Below are positions 54,476 to 64,000 of a stretch of 64,000 nt of DNA, one piece after another (positions within the stretch are counted from its first letter, which is position 1; each line of letters starts with the position of its first letter). Location of the stretch: the NCBI GenBank assembly GCA_963674695.2, contig CAXXGI010000003.1, positions 128,001-192,000 on the forward strand. Direction: 5' to 3'. The position numbers and the translations under genes are program-made. Origin of the DNA: a bacterium (GTDB lineage Bacteria > UBA10199 > 2-02-FULL-44-16 > JAAZCA01). The notes beneath the pieces were generated by a model. The model had not been told where the DNA came from. It saw only the letters and a program-made list of their open reading frames with translations, and made no database searches.

Positions 54476-55672
54476 ATGACAAAACCGACCACAGGCAAAT
54501 CGATGGCATCCATGGACAAGAAGGCGCTCCTCGAGGAGGCCAAGCGTCTGGCTGAGCGTGCGGACAAGCTCGAGGAGCTCGTCGCCATCATCTCCCGCGG
54601 GAAATATATGTGGGAATCGACCTTCGATGCGATCACCACGCCCGTGCAGATCGTCTCTCCCGATTATAAAGTGGTGCGGGCCAACCTGGCGCTCGCCGGC
54701 GTGGCCGAAGATGAGATCTACCGCGTGATCGGCCGCACGTGTTTCGAGGTCTTCGCTGGCCGCACCGCTCCCTGTGTGGATTGTCCCGTCGCTGCAGCGC
54801 TCGAGCGCAACGCCCAGACGCATGCGAGTCTGGGCTGTGTCATCCACGGACTCGAGTTCGAGGCGAGCGCCTATCCCCTCATTCCCCGCGAGGGCGAGCG
54901 GGCCGTCGTGGTGCACTATCGCGACGTGACCGACCAGCGGCGACTGCAGCGCGAGGTGATCCAACAGGAGAAGATGGCCGCCATCGGCATCCTTGCCGGC
55001 GGCGTGGCACACGAGATCAACAATCCGCTGGGCGGCATCATCGCCTTCGCACAGCTCATGAAGCGCGACGTCAAGGATGACTCCCAGTTCCTGGGCGACA
55101 TCGAAGAGATCGAGCGCGCGGCCCTGCGCTGCAAGAAGATCGTCGCCGATCTGCTCGATTTTTCACGTATCTCCAAAGATCGGGAGAAAAAGCTTATCGA
55201 TGTGAACGTCCTGCTCGAAAAGGTCTTTCCCTTCCTGCAGCGGGAGATGCGTTCGATGGCCGTCGAACTCATCTTCGACGCCAGCCCGAACCTCCCGCTG
55301 GTCATGGGCATTCCCGATCGGCTGCAACAGGTCTTCATCAACCTGCTCACCAACGCCTGTCATGCCATGACCAAGGGCGGAACGCTCAACGTCAATACCA
55401 CGGTCGACGAACAACGCGGGCAGGTCGTCATCGTCGTGCGTGATACGGGGCATGGCATTGCGAAGGACATCTGCGAACGCATCTTTGATCCGTTCTTTAC
55501 GACCAAGGAACCCGGAAAGGGCACGGGGCTTGGGCTCTCCATCAGCTATCGCATCGTGCGCGACCACAACGGCGAGATCGAATGCTCGCCCCTCGATGAA
55601 GGAGGCGCCGAGTTTGTCGTGCGCTTGCCTTCAGCGGAGATGGTCGAAGATATGAGTGTTGAAATGCGGTAA
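54476..55672 (+). CDS. PAS-domain sensor histidine kinase (NtrB-like, cytoplasmic)
   Basis: [11 protein letters not shown] with CxxC, H-box [35 protein letters not shown]; start uncertain (54476-54511). Confidence 0.9.
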   Translation: MTKPTTGKSMASMDKKALLEEAKRLAERADKLEELVAIISRGKYMWESTFDAITTPVQIVSPDYKVVRANLALAGVAEDEIYRVIGRTCFEVFAGRTAPCVDCPVAAALERNAQTHASLGCVIHGLEFEASAYPLIPREGERAVVVHYRDVTDQRRLQREVIQQEKMAAIGILAGGVAHEINNPLGGIIAFAQLMKRDVKDDSQFLGDIEEIERAALRCKKIVADLLDFSRISKDREKKLIDVNVLLEKVFPFLQREMRSMAVELIFDASPNLPLVMGIPDRLQQVFINLLTNACHAMTKGGTLNVNTTVDEQRGQVVIVVRDTGHGIAKDICERIFDPFFTTKEPGKGTGLGLSISYRIVRDHNGEIECSPLDEGGAEFVVRLPSAEMVEDMSVEMR

Positions 55673-55674
55673 TT

Positions 55675-55747
55675 CCGGGATCCGGAACTCGGGAACCGGG
55701 ATCCGAAGATCAATATCGGGTCCCGAATCCCGGGTCCCGAATCCCGA
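55675..55747. repeat. inverted degenerate heptamer arrays (CGGGATC / GTCCCGA-type)
   Basis: ccgggatccggaactcgggaaccgggatccg ... cgggtcccgaatcccgggtcccgaatcccg. Confidence 0.7.
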
Positions 55748-55761
55748 GATACGGGGGTAAT

Positions 55762-57153
55762 ATGGCTCGCATTTTGATCGTCGATGATGAGGTCGCTATT
55801 CGCAAGGCGCTCGAGCGGTTCTTGACCGGCCTCAAGTACGAGGTCTCCATCGCCGGGGACGGCGAGACGGCCATTGCGATCCTCGAGAAGGAGCAGTTCG
55901 ATCTGGCGCTCGTTGATCTGGTCATGCCCAAACTCGACGGGATCGAGCTGATTCGCCGGATGAAGGCGATGCAGCCCGCCATAGTGCCGATCGTGCTCAC
56001 CGGTTTTGGCACGATCACCTCCGCGGTCGAGGCGATGAAGGCAGGGGCCTATCATTATCTTACCAAACCGTTTGAACTCGACGACATCGCTTCGCTCATC
56101 GCGACGGCCCTCGAACATCGCCAGCTCAAGGAGGAAAACCGCCTGCTCAAGAGCGCGTTGCGTGAGAAGTATCGCTTTGAAAGCATCGTCGGCACGAGCG
56201 ACGAGATGGCCGCCGTCTTCGACATGATCGAGAAGGTCGCCGCCACCGATTCCACCGTGCTCGTCACCGGCGAGAGCGGCACGGGAAAAGAGCTGGTCGC
56301 CAAGGCGATTCACTTCAACAGCGATCGGGCCTCCAATGCCCTGGTGGTGGTCAACTGTGCGGCGATTCCTGAGGAGCTCCTCGAGAGCGAACTCTTCGGG
56401 CACATGAAAGGCGCCTTTACGGGGGCCGTGGCGACGCACGCGGGGCGCTTCGATGCCGCCAACAATGGCACGATCTTCTTGGACGAGATCGGGGATATGA
56501 GCCTCAAACTTCAGGTGAAGGTCTTGCGCGTCTTGCAGGAGCAGCGCTTCGAGCCGGTCGGATCGACCCAGACGCATCAGGTCGATGTGCGCATCATCGC
56601 GGCCACGAACCAGGATCTGGAACTGGCCGTGCGCGAGAAGCGCTTTCGCGAGGATCTCTACTATCGCCTCAACGTCATTCCCATTCATATTCCGCCGCTG
56701 CGCGAACGAGCGGGCGATATCCCGATGCTCTTGCAGCATTTCATCCAGAAGTTCGGCGATGGCCGAGGCGACCGGGACATGTTGCCCGAGACCATGGAAT
56801 ACCTCATGCAATACCGGTGGCCGGGCAATGTGCGCGAGCTGGAAAACGTCGTGGAACGTCTGATGGTGCTCAAGCGCGAAGGCGTGATCGAGCCCTCCGA
56901 TCTTCCGGAGAAGCTCGTCGGAGCGAAACCCGTTGCGGCCAGTGCGGCACTCGCCAACGGTCCCATCGATATTCCGGAGACGGGGCTCTCTTTCAAGAAG
57001 GCCGTGAACGATTTCGAAAAACGATTGATCATGGGTGCGCTCAGCAAGACCGGTGGCAACAAAAACAAAGCGGCCAACCTCTTGAAGCTCAACCGCACCA
57101 CGCTCGTGGAGAAGATCAAGAAGAAGAAACTCGATCGGCTGATCACGGCGTGA
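55762..57153 (+). CDS. sigma54-dependent response regulator (NtrC family) 1
   Basis: Receiver (VDDE, DLVMP), GESGTGKE, GAFTGA, WPGNVRELEN and Fis-type HTH. Confidence 0.95.
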   Translation: MARILIVDDEVAIRKALERFLTGLKYEVSIAGDGETAIAILEKEQFDLALVDLVMPKLDGIELIRRMKAMQPAIVPIVLTGFGTITSAVEAMKAGAYHYLTKPFELDDIASLIATALEHRQLKEENRLLKSALREKYRFESIVGTSDEMAAVFDMIEKVAATDSTVLVTGESGTGKELVAKAIHFNSDRASNALVVVNCAAIPEELLESELFGHMKGAFTGAVATHAGRFDAANNGTIFLDEIGDMSLKLQVKVLRVLQEQRFEPVGSTQTHQVDVRIIAATNQDLELAVREKRFREDLYYRLNVIPIHIPPLRERAGDIPMLLQHFIQKFGDGRGDRDMLPETMEYLMQYRWPGNVRELENVVERLMVLKREGVIEPSDLPEKLVGAKPVAASAALANGPIDIPETGLSFKKAVNDFEKRLIMGALSKTGGNKNKAANLLKLNRTTLVEKIKKKKLDRLITA

Positions 57154-57193
57154 ACGGGGATGCCGCTATCTTTTTACGAGAAGAGGATGATTC

Positions 57194-58612
57194 ATGTATA
57201 AGCCTTTGAACCTCCTTATTGTGGACGACGATGAATCCATCGTGAAGGTCTTTGAGCGTTTGGCCAAACGCAATGGCTGGATGACAGCTGTGGCGCGCAG
57301 TGCCGAGGAGGCCGTCGAGCAGTTTGGGCGCCGGATCTTCGAGGCGGCTGTCGTCGATATCAAACTCCCTGGCTTTACGGGGCTGCAGCTGCTCGAGCAT
57401 GTCAAGCGCAACGACGTTCATGCCGAGGTGGTCATCATGACCGGCGTGGGCTCCGTCGAGACGGCGGTCATGGCGATGAAGAACGGCGCCTATGATTATG
57501 TGACCAAGCCCTTCGACGACATCGATCGCATCGCCATCGTCCTGGAAAAAGCGATGGAGCGCTACCGCTTGATGCAGAAGCTCAAGCAGCTCGAGCGCAG
57601 CCATGCCGGCGAGGGGTCCTATGAGGGGATCATCGGCAAGAGTCGGAAGATACAAGAGGTCTTCAACACCGTCGAGAGCATCGCTCCGACGACGTCGACC
57701 GTGCTCGTCACCGGCGAGAGTGGCACGGGCAAGGAGCTGATCGCGCGCGCCATTCACAACCGTTCGGAGCGTCGCACGAAGCCATTCGTCGTCATCAACT
57801 GTGCGGCGATCCCGGTGCATCTGCTCGAGAGCGAACTCTTCGGCCACAAGAAGGGATCGTTCACCGGTGCCGTGGCCGATAAGAAGGGGCTCTTCGAAGA
57901 GGCACACGGAGGGACGATCTTTCTCGACGAAATCGGGGAGGTTCCGCCGGCCATTCAGGTGAAGCTCTTGCGCGTCCTCCAAGAGGGCGAGGTGCGCGCT
58001 GTCGGTGGGATGAACTCGCACATCGTCGATGTGCGACTGGTGGCGGCGACCAACCAGGACCTGCAGGTTGCGGTGCACGAGGGGCGCTTCCGCGAGGATC
58101 TCTTCTACCGCTTGAACGTCATCGGCATTCATCTGCCGCCCCTGCGCGAGCGTGCCGATGATATTCCATTGCTGGCCTATTACTTCCTGCAGCAGTTTTC
58201 TGAACGCATGAAGAAGAAGATGGATCGGATCTCGGTCGATGCCCTGCAGGCGCTCCAGAATTATTCCTGGGTGGGAAATGTGCGTGAGCTCGAGAACGTC
58301 ATCGAACGTGCCGTGGTGCTCGCTGCCGGCGAGACGGTCACGGCGCAGGATCTGCCGCCGCGCGTGCTCGGCGAGTCGTTCTATCTGGTCGGCGAGGAGC
58401 GCGAATCGGATCTGACCAAACTTCCGTATCAAGATGCGAAGACGCGCGCGCTCACGGCGTTTAACCGCGCCTACATCACGAGCCTGCTCAAGCAGGCGCA
58501 GGGAAATATCTCGTTTGCGGCCGAGCGCGCGGGCATGGATCGCTCGAACTTCAAGAAGTTGATCAAACGCTATGGAGTCGATCTGAACGAGTTTCGGAAG
58601 GAAGACCGCTAA
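57194..58612 (+). CDS. sigma54-dependent response regulator (NtrC family) 2
   Basis: Receiver (VDDD, DIKLP), GESGTGKE, GSFTGA, GNVRELEN and HTH. Confidence 0.95.
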   Translation: MYKPLNLLIVDDDESIVKVFERLAKRNGWMTAVARSAEEAVEQFGRRIFEAAVVDIKLPGFTGLQLLEHVKRNDVHAEVVIMTGVGSVETAVMAMKNGAYDYVTKPFDDIDRIAIVLEKAMERYRLMQKLKQLERSHAGEGSYEGIIGKSRKIQEVFNTVESIAPTTSTVLVTGESGTGKELIARAIHNRSERRTKPFVVINCAAIPVHLLESELFGHKKGSFTGAVADKKGLFEEAHGGTIFLDEIGEVPPAIQVKLLRVLQEGEVRAVGGMNSHIVDVRLVAATNQDLQVAVHEGRFREDLFYRLNVIGIHLPPLRERADDIPLLAYYFLQQFSERMKKKMDRISVDALQALQNYSWVGNVRELENVIERAVVLAAGETVTAQDLPPRVLGESFYLVGEERESDLTKLPYQDAKTRALTAFNRAYITSLLKQAQGNISFAAERAGMDRSNFKKLIKRYGVDLNEFRKEDR

Positions 58613-58626
58613 ACGAAAGGGACGGT

Positions 58627-60012
<1,386 letters not shown>

Positions 60013-60014
60013 AA

Positions 60015-60095
60015 CAGCATACAGCGTATAGCGTGCAGCGTTTAGCGGAGAGAAGAACGTGATCGTGTATACGCTAAACGCTATCCGCTATCCGC
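60015..60095. repeat. inverted heptamer arrays (AGCGTWT / CGCTAWM-type)
   Basis: acagcgtatagcgtgcagcgtttagcg ... cgctaaacgctatccgctatccgc immediately before the RBS. Confidence 0.7.
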
Positions 60096-60103
60096 GAGGA
60101 GGA

Positions 60104-60448
60104 ATGATGCAGATCAATCTCGAACAACAGGGAACCGTTCAGGTGTTGCATTGTTCCGGCAGCCTCGATGCGGATACCGTTTCGGCATTCAAGAAGCTGG
60201 CCTACGATCTGGTCGGGAAGGGGACGAAGCGCTTCGTGATCGATTGCGCCGACCTTACCTTCATCGATTCGATGGGGCTGGGCGTGTTGATCTCGCTTCT
60301 GCGCCGTGTGCGTCAGCAAGAGGGCGACGTGAAGGTCGCTGGGCTCTCCGACGAGGTCAAGACCATCTTCGAGATCACCCGTTTGCATCGGCTTTTCGAG
60401 GTCTGTTCCGATTGGAACGCCGCGGTGAACGATTTTGATACGAAGTGA
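60104..60448 (+). CDS. STAS-domain anti-sigma factor antagonist (RsbV/SpoIIAA-like)
   Basis: GSLD, LTFIDSMGLGVL and IFEITRL; GAGGAGG RBS. Confidence 0.92.
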   Translation: MMQINLEQQGTVQVLHCSGSLDADTVSAFKKLAYDLVGKGTKRFVIDCADLTFIDSMGLGVLISLLRRVRQQEGDVKVAGLSDEVKTIFEITRLHRLFEVCSDWNAAVNDFDTK

Positions 60449-60461
60449 CCGATGACTCGTT

Positions 60462-60594
60462 AGAGCCTGTCGGGAAAAGGGCTTATGCTGTCATTCCCGC
60501 GGAGGCGGGAATCTCGAAGTGCTTGCAAAACCGAGATTCCCGCCTTCGCGGGAATGACAAAAACCAGTGAAATCGTTATTTCCCAACAGACTCT
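60462..60594. mobile_element. 133-bp MITE (family A), second copy
   Basis: tAGAGCCTGTCGGGAAA ... REP doublet ... TTTCCCAACAGACTCTa; same length as 1766-1898. Confidence 0.78.
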
Positions 60595-60622
60595 AGTCAC
60601 GAGTCACGAGTCACGAGTCACG
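60595..60622 (+). repeat. heptamer tandem repeat (AGTCACG)4
   Basis: Read directly; inverted TGACTCG-type units lie on the other side of the MITE (60445-60460). Confidence 0.8.
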
Positions 60623-60625
60623 AAT

Positions 60626-61030
60626 ATGTCCTTCCGCTGCGCCTTCACCATTCGAAGCGATACGCGCTATCTCTCCCTTCTTCGGAAGTGGATCGAAGCG
60701 GCGGCGACGCTCATGGGCGAGTCGGCATTCCCTCGACGCGCGGTCATTCCCTGTAGTTTGGCCTTGATCGAGGCGGTCGATAATGCCATCTTCCATGCCC
60801 ATGCACGTCGGGCGCATCTGCCCATCGAGGTGGGGTTGGCTGTTTCTCGAGGCGTTATTGAAATCGATATCGTCGACCAGGGAACGGGGATCGATCATAC
60901 GCCCGTCTGCCAGCCGGAAGCGATGGTGACGCATGGACGGGGCCTGTTTCTCATTCACGAACTGATGCACGATGTGCAAAGTCACAAGGATCGCGGGCGT
61001 CATCGCCTGCACATGACCTATCGCCTATGA
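60626..61030 (+). CDS. anti-sigma factor / Ser kinase (RsbW-like HATPase)
   Basis: LALIEAVDNAIFHA, DQGTG and GRGLFLI motifs. Confidence 0.88.
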   Translation: MSFRCAFTIRSDTRYLSLLRKWIEAAATLMGESAFPRRAVIPCSLALIEAVDNAIFHAHARRAHLPIEVGLAVSRGVIEIDIVDQGTGIDHTPVCQPEAMVTHGRGLFLIHELMHDVQSHKDRGRHRLHMTYRL

Positions 61031-62292
61031 AGCGTTCACCGAAGACCACACCGATCGATGCCATTTGCGCCCTGAGTCAGGCGATCACCCGGGCAGCCAC
61101 GCCCGATCAGGTCTACGACCTCATCCTCGACGAGGTGGTGCGTCAGCTCGGCGTGGAAAAGGCGTCGATCATGACCTACGATGCGGCCATCGGCGGATTG
61201 CGCATTGCGGCCGCGAGAGGCATGGAGCCGGAGATCGTCCAGCGTGCAGTCGTGCGCGTGGGCGAGGGGATCTCGGGAAAGGTTTTTGCCAGTCACGAGC
61301 CGATGCTCATCACCGATATCACTGCCGAGGGGCTGGAGTCGAAGCGCGGGCGCTACCAGACGCGATCGCTCATCTCCGCACCGGTGACCTGCTTTCCGCT
61401 GAAGATGGGCGAGGAGTCGCTGGGCGTCATCAACGTGACCGATCGCAGCGATGGCAATGCCTTTACACATGACGATCTGCAGCTGCTCACCACGCTCGCC
61501 AATCAGGCGGCGGCGTTTCTGCACATCAGCCGTTTGAGCCAGGAGCGCGAGGCGAACGAACGTCTGCACCAGCAGCTCGAGATCGCTCGTCAGATTCAAT
61601 ATCGCCTGCTTCCCCTGGATGCGCCGGTCATCGATGGGCTCGATGTCGCCGGGCGGCTCATCACCGCCGAGCGCGTTGGTGGCGACTACTACGACATTTT
61701 TTCTGCGAACAAGAAGCGCCCGTCGTTTGTCGTGGCCGATGTCTCTGGTCACTCCATCGGAGCGGCGTTGACCATGGCGGCGTTTCGCAGTGCGATTCGC
61801 GCGCAGATGGACGCCGAGTATGCACCCGAGATGCTCGCCCAGCGGATCAACGGCATCCTCTACGAAGATCTCTATCAAGCCGAGCAGTTCATCTCGATGG
61901 TCTATCTGCAGTATGTCCATTCGCGGCAGCTCATTCAGTATACGACGGCGGGGCATCCCGCGCCCATCGTTTGGCGTGGGGCGGACGGACGTTTCGACGA
62001 GACGATGACCGACGATCCGCTCCTGGGCATTGAGCCGCGCGCCGTCTTTCATCAGCATCAGATGATGCTCTCGAAGGGGGATGTGATCTTTCTCTACACC
62101 GATGGCGTCATCGAATCGGCCAATGTCGATGGCGAGCGGTTTGGGCGAGAGCGGTTGCAGGCCTGCATCAAAGATGCTGTGGTGGGCTCGGCCCGTCAGA
62201 TTACCGATGTGGTCGTGGAGACGGTGCAGGCCTTCATCGATCCCAAAACGCCCAAGGATGATATCACCGCATTGACGATTAAAGTTGTATAG
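61027..62292 (+). CDS. GAF-SpoIIE (PP2C) phosphatase, RsbU-like
   Basis: GAF domain, VGGDYYD, ADVSGH, AGHP, YTDGV and DDIT motifs. Confidence 0.92.
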   Translation: MKRSPKTTPIDAICALSQAITRAATPDQVYDLILDEVVRQLGVEKASIMTYDAAIGGLRIAAARGMEPEIVQRAVVRVGEGISGKVFASHEPMLITDITAEGLESKRGRYQTRSLISAPVTCFPLKMGEESLGVINVTDRSDGNAFTHDDLQLLTTLANQAAAFLHISRLSQEREANERLHQQLEIARQIQYRLLPLDAPVIDGLDVAGRLITAERVGGDYYDIFSANKKRPSFVVADVSGHSIGAALTMAAFRSAIRAQMDAEYAPEMLAQRINGILYEDLYQAEQFISMVYLQYVHSRQLIQYTTAGHPAPIVWRGADGRFDETMTDDPLLGIEPRAVFHQHQMMLSKGDVIFLYTDGVIESANVDGERFGRERLQACIKDAVVGSARQITDVVVETVQAFIDPKTPKDDITALTIKVV

Positions 62293-62295
62293 CTG

Positions 62296-62327
62296 TCGAA
62301 CCATCGAACCGACGAACCATCGAACCA
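62296..62327 (+). repeat. octamer tandem repeat (CGAACCAT-like) x4
   Basis: tcgaaccatcgaaccgacgaaccatcgaacca directly before the folC RBS. Confidence 0.75.
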
Positions 62328-62336
62328 AGGAGTGTT

Positions 62337-63560
62337 ATGAATTACCAGCAGGTGCTCACCTATTTGGATTCCCTTCAGCCCAAGACGTTTCGCTTGGAGC
62401 TGGGTCCGCTCTCCGAGGCGTGCCACATTCTCAGGCGTCCCCAGGATGCCTTCCAGACGGTGCACATCAGCGGCACCAATGGAAAGGGATCGACGGCTGC
62501 TTTTTTGGAGCGCATTCTGCGCAGCAGCGGCTATCGCGTCGGTCTGCTCACCTCCCCGCATCTCATCGATGTGCGCGAACGCATTCGCATCAATGGTGAG
62601 ATGCTCGATCGCGATCGGTTTGTGGAGGTTATCACGCAGCTGCGCGATGAGTTGCCCGACGAACGGATGCTCTCCTACTTTGAAATCATCACGCTGGCCT
62701 CGTTCATCGTCTTTCGCGATCAGGGGGTCGATGTGGCGGTTATCGAAACGGGATTGGGCGGTCGGCTCGATGCGACCAACGTCGTCTCCCCCAAGGTGGC
62801 GGTGATCACGCCGATTTCAGAGGATCATACCCATCATCTGGGGCGCACGCTGACCGAGATTGCGCGCGAGAAGAGTGGGATCATCAAACGCGGTGTGCCC
62901 ACCGTGGTGGCCTATCAGCCTCCGGACGTGATGGAGGTGATTCGTCGCACCTGCAACGATGTCGGTTCTCCCTTGTGCCTGGCGACGCCGGATGAAATCG
63001 CCTCTCCCCTGGGGCTTGCCGGGGAACATCAGCGACAGAATGCAGCGTGTGCGGTGGAGGCGGCGCACCTGTTGGGACAGTCCGGCATGCACATCGAGGG
63101 CATCGAAGCAGCGCTGGCGGCGACGCAATGGCCCGGGCGCCTGGAAACGGTGCAGCTCAAGCCGCACGTCATCCTCGATGCGGCGCACAATGTCGCCGGC
63201 GCCGAATCGTTGGCGACCTACGTGCGCAAAGAGTTTCAGCGCGAAAAGGCGGTGCTGCTCTTGGGGGTGCTCGCCGACAAGGATGTCGCTGGCATCATTC
63301 GGCCGCTCGCTCCTCTCTTTCGCGAGGTGGTCTGTGTTGAGGCGCCTTCAAATCGCACGGCGAGTCCAAAGGATCTGGCGGCCGCCGCTCGTTCCTCCGG
63401 CACGAAGATCACCATCGCCAAGGATGTTCTCACCGCCCTTGCCGAAACCATCGCGACGCTCGCTGAAGACGATGCCTTGGTCGTCTCCGGTTCGCTCACC
63501 GTCGTCGGCGCGGCGAAGGAATACTTTGATGGGGTAAAGGAGACGGGGCCACATGATTGA
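62337..63560 (+). CDS. folC: folylpolyglutamate synthase / dihydrofolate synthase
   Basis: HISGTNGKGST, TSPHL, ETGLGGRLDATN, WPGRLE and DAAHN motifs. Confidence 0.95.
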   Translation: MNYQQVLTYLDSLQPKTFRLELGPLSEACHILRRPQDAFQTVHISGTNGKGSTAAFLERILRSSGYRVGLLTSPHLIDVRERIRINGEMLDRDRFVEVITQLRDELPDERMLSYFEIITLASFIVFRDQGVDVAVIETGLGGRLDATNVVSPKVAVITPISEDHTHHLGRTLTEIAREKSGIIKRGVPTVVAYQPPDVMEVIRRTCNDVGSPLCLATPDEIASPLGLAGEHQRQNAACAVEAAHLLGQSGMHIEGIEAALAATQWPGRLETVQLKPHVILDAAHNVAGAESLATYVRKEFQREKAVLLLGVLADKDVAGIIRPLAPLFREVVCVEAPSNRTASPKDLAAAARSSGTKITIAKDVLTALAETIATLAEDDALVVSGSLTVVGAAKEYFDGVKETGPHD

Positions 63561-63945
63561 CATCAGGCAGCTCGATTTCGAGAACTTGGAGAATGCCGTC
63601 GCGACGCTCGACGACGCGTTGACGAAGGGTTCGCTCAACGAACTCGAACGAGACGGAGCCATCCAGCGCTTCGAATATACGTTTGAGCTGACGTGGAAGA
63701 TGCTGCGAAAGGTCTTGCTTGCGCTCGGACGCAGCGATGTCAGTGCGAGTCCGAAACCGATCCTGCGCGATGCCGCTCAGGAGGGATTGATCGACGATGT
63801 CGCCCAGTGGTTTGTCTTTCTGGATGCACGGAATTTGAGTACGCATATCTATTGCGCGGATGAAGCGAAGAAGGTGCTTGAGGTGTCGAAGGTGTTTTTG
63901 CCGAAAGCGAAGGCATTGCTGGAGCGATTCAAAAATCTCAAATGA
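63553..63945 (+). CDS. HEPN-domain protein (HI0074 nucleotidyltransferase substrate-binding family), putative toxin
   Basis: DGAIQRFEYTFELTWK and RNLSTHIY (RxxxxH) motifs. Confidence 0.88.
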   Translation: MIDIRQLDFENLENAVATLDDALTKGSLNELERDGAIQRFEYTFELTWKMLRKVLLALGRSDVSASPKPILRDAAQEGLIDDVAQWFVFLDARNLSTHIYCADEAKKVLEVSKVFLPKAKALLERFKNLK

Positions 63946-64000
63946 CCATTATGGTTCTCACCCCGAATGAAAAAACGATCGTTCTGACGATCCTGCAACA
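63942..64000 (+). CDS. probable minimal nucleotidyltransferase (MNT) partner, 5' fragment
   Basis: ATGA overlap with the HEPN stop codon; MTIMVLTPNEKTIVLTILQ open to the edge; identity inferred from context only. Confidence 0.5.
   Translation, partial: MTIMVLTPNEKTIVLTILQ

Overview
GC-rich bacterial chromosomal segment; the gene content (four sigma54 activators, CheB/CheR-kinase fusion, Rsb partner-switch module, large lipoproteins) suggests a deltaproteobacterium-like organism (inference). The housekeeping backbone comprises ogt, comEC, a CheBR-PAS kinase with its receiver, a peptidoglycan cluster (MltD-like enzyme, dacB, Opp/Dpp-type ABC components, nagZ), rmuC, NAD kinase, nadD, a PAS kinase with three tandem NtrC-family regulators, RsbV/W/U-like genes, folC and a HEPN-MNT pair. 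About a dozen orphan genes are interleaved with this backbone and are linked by hidden shared signals. (1) A FliA/sigma28-like promoter motif, (C/G)GCAAC-N14(-16)-GCCGATA(A), occurs nine times, always pointing into an orphan gene, and three copies lie only 7-10 nt from the ATG (leaderless-like). (2) Three otherwise unrelated proteins end in a 12-residue C-terminal tag, GA-x4-P-x-A-x3-COOH; two of them share 31/32 nt there, suggesting a portable export or sorting signal. (3) A 923-aa sigma70-family protein with five novel ~96-aa tandem repeats and no region-2.3 Trp dyad sits between 73-bp direct REP repeats inside the peptidoglycan cluster. The window also has four sigma54 promoters, a RAYT transposase with its own flanking hairpin repeats, about 15 clusters of dRS3-like REP palindromes, two REP-carrying MITE families, and two ~150-bp fold-back elements with conserved loops but unrelated stems. 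No rRNA, tRNA or CRISPR array was seen.
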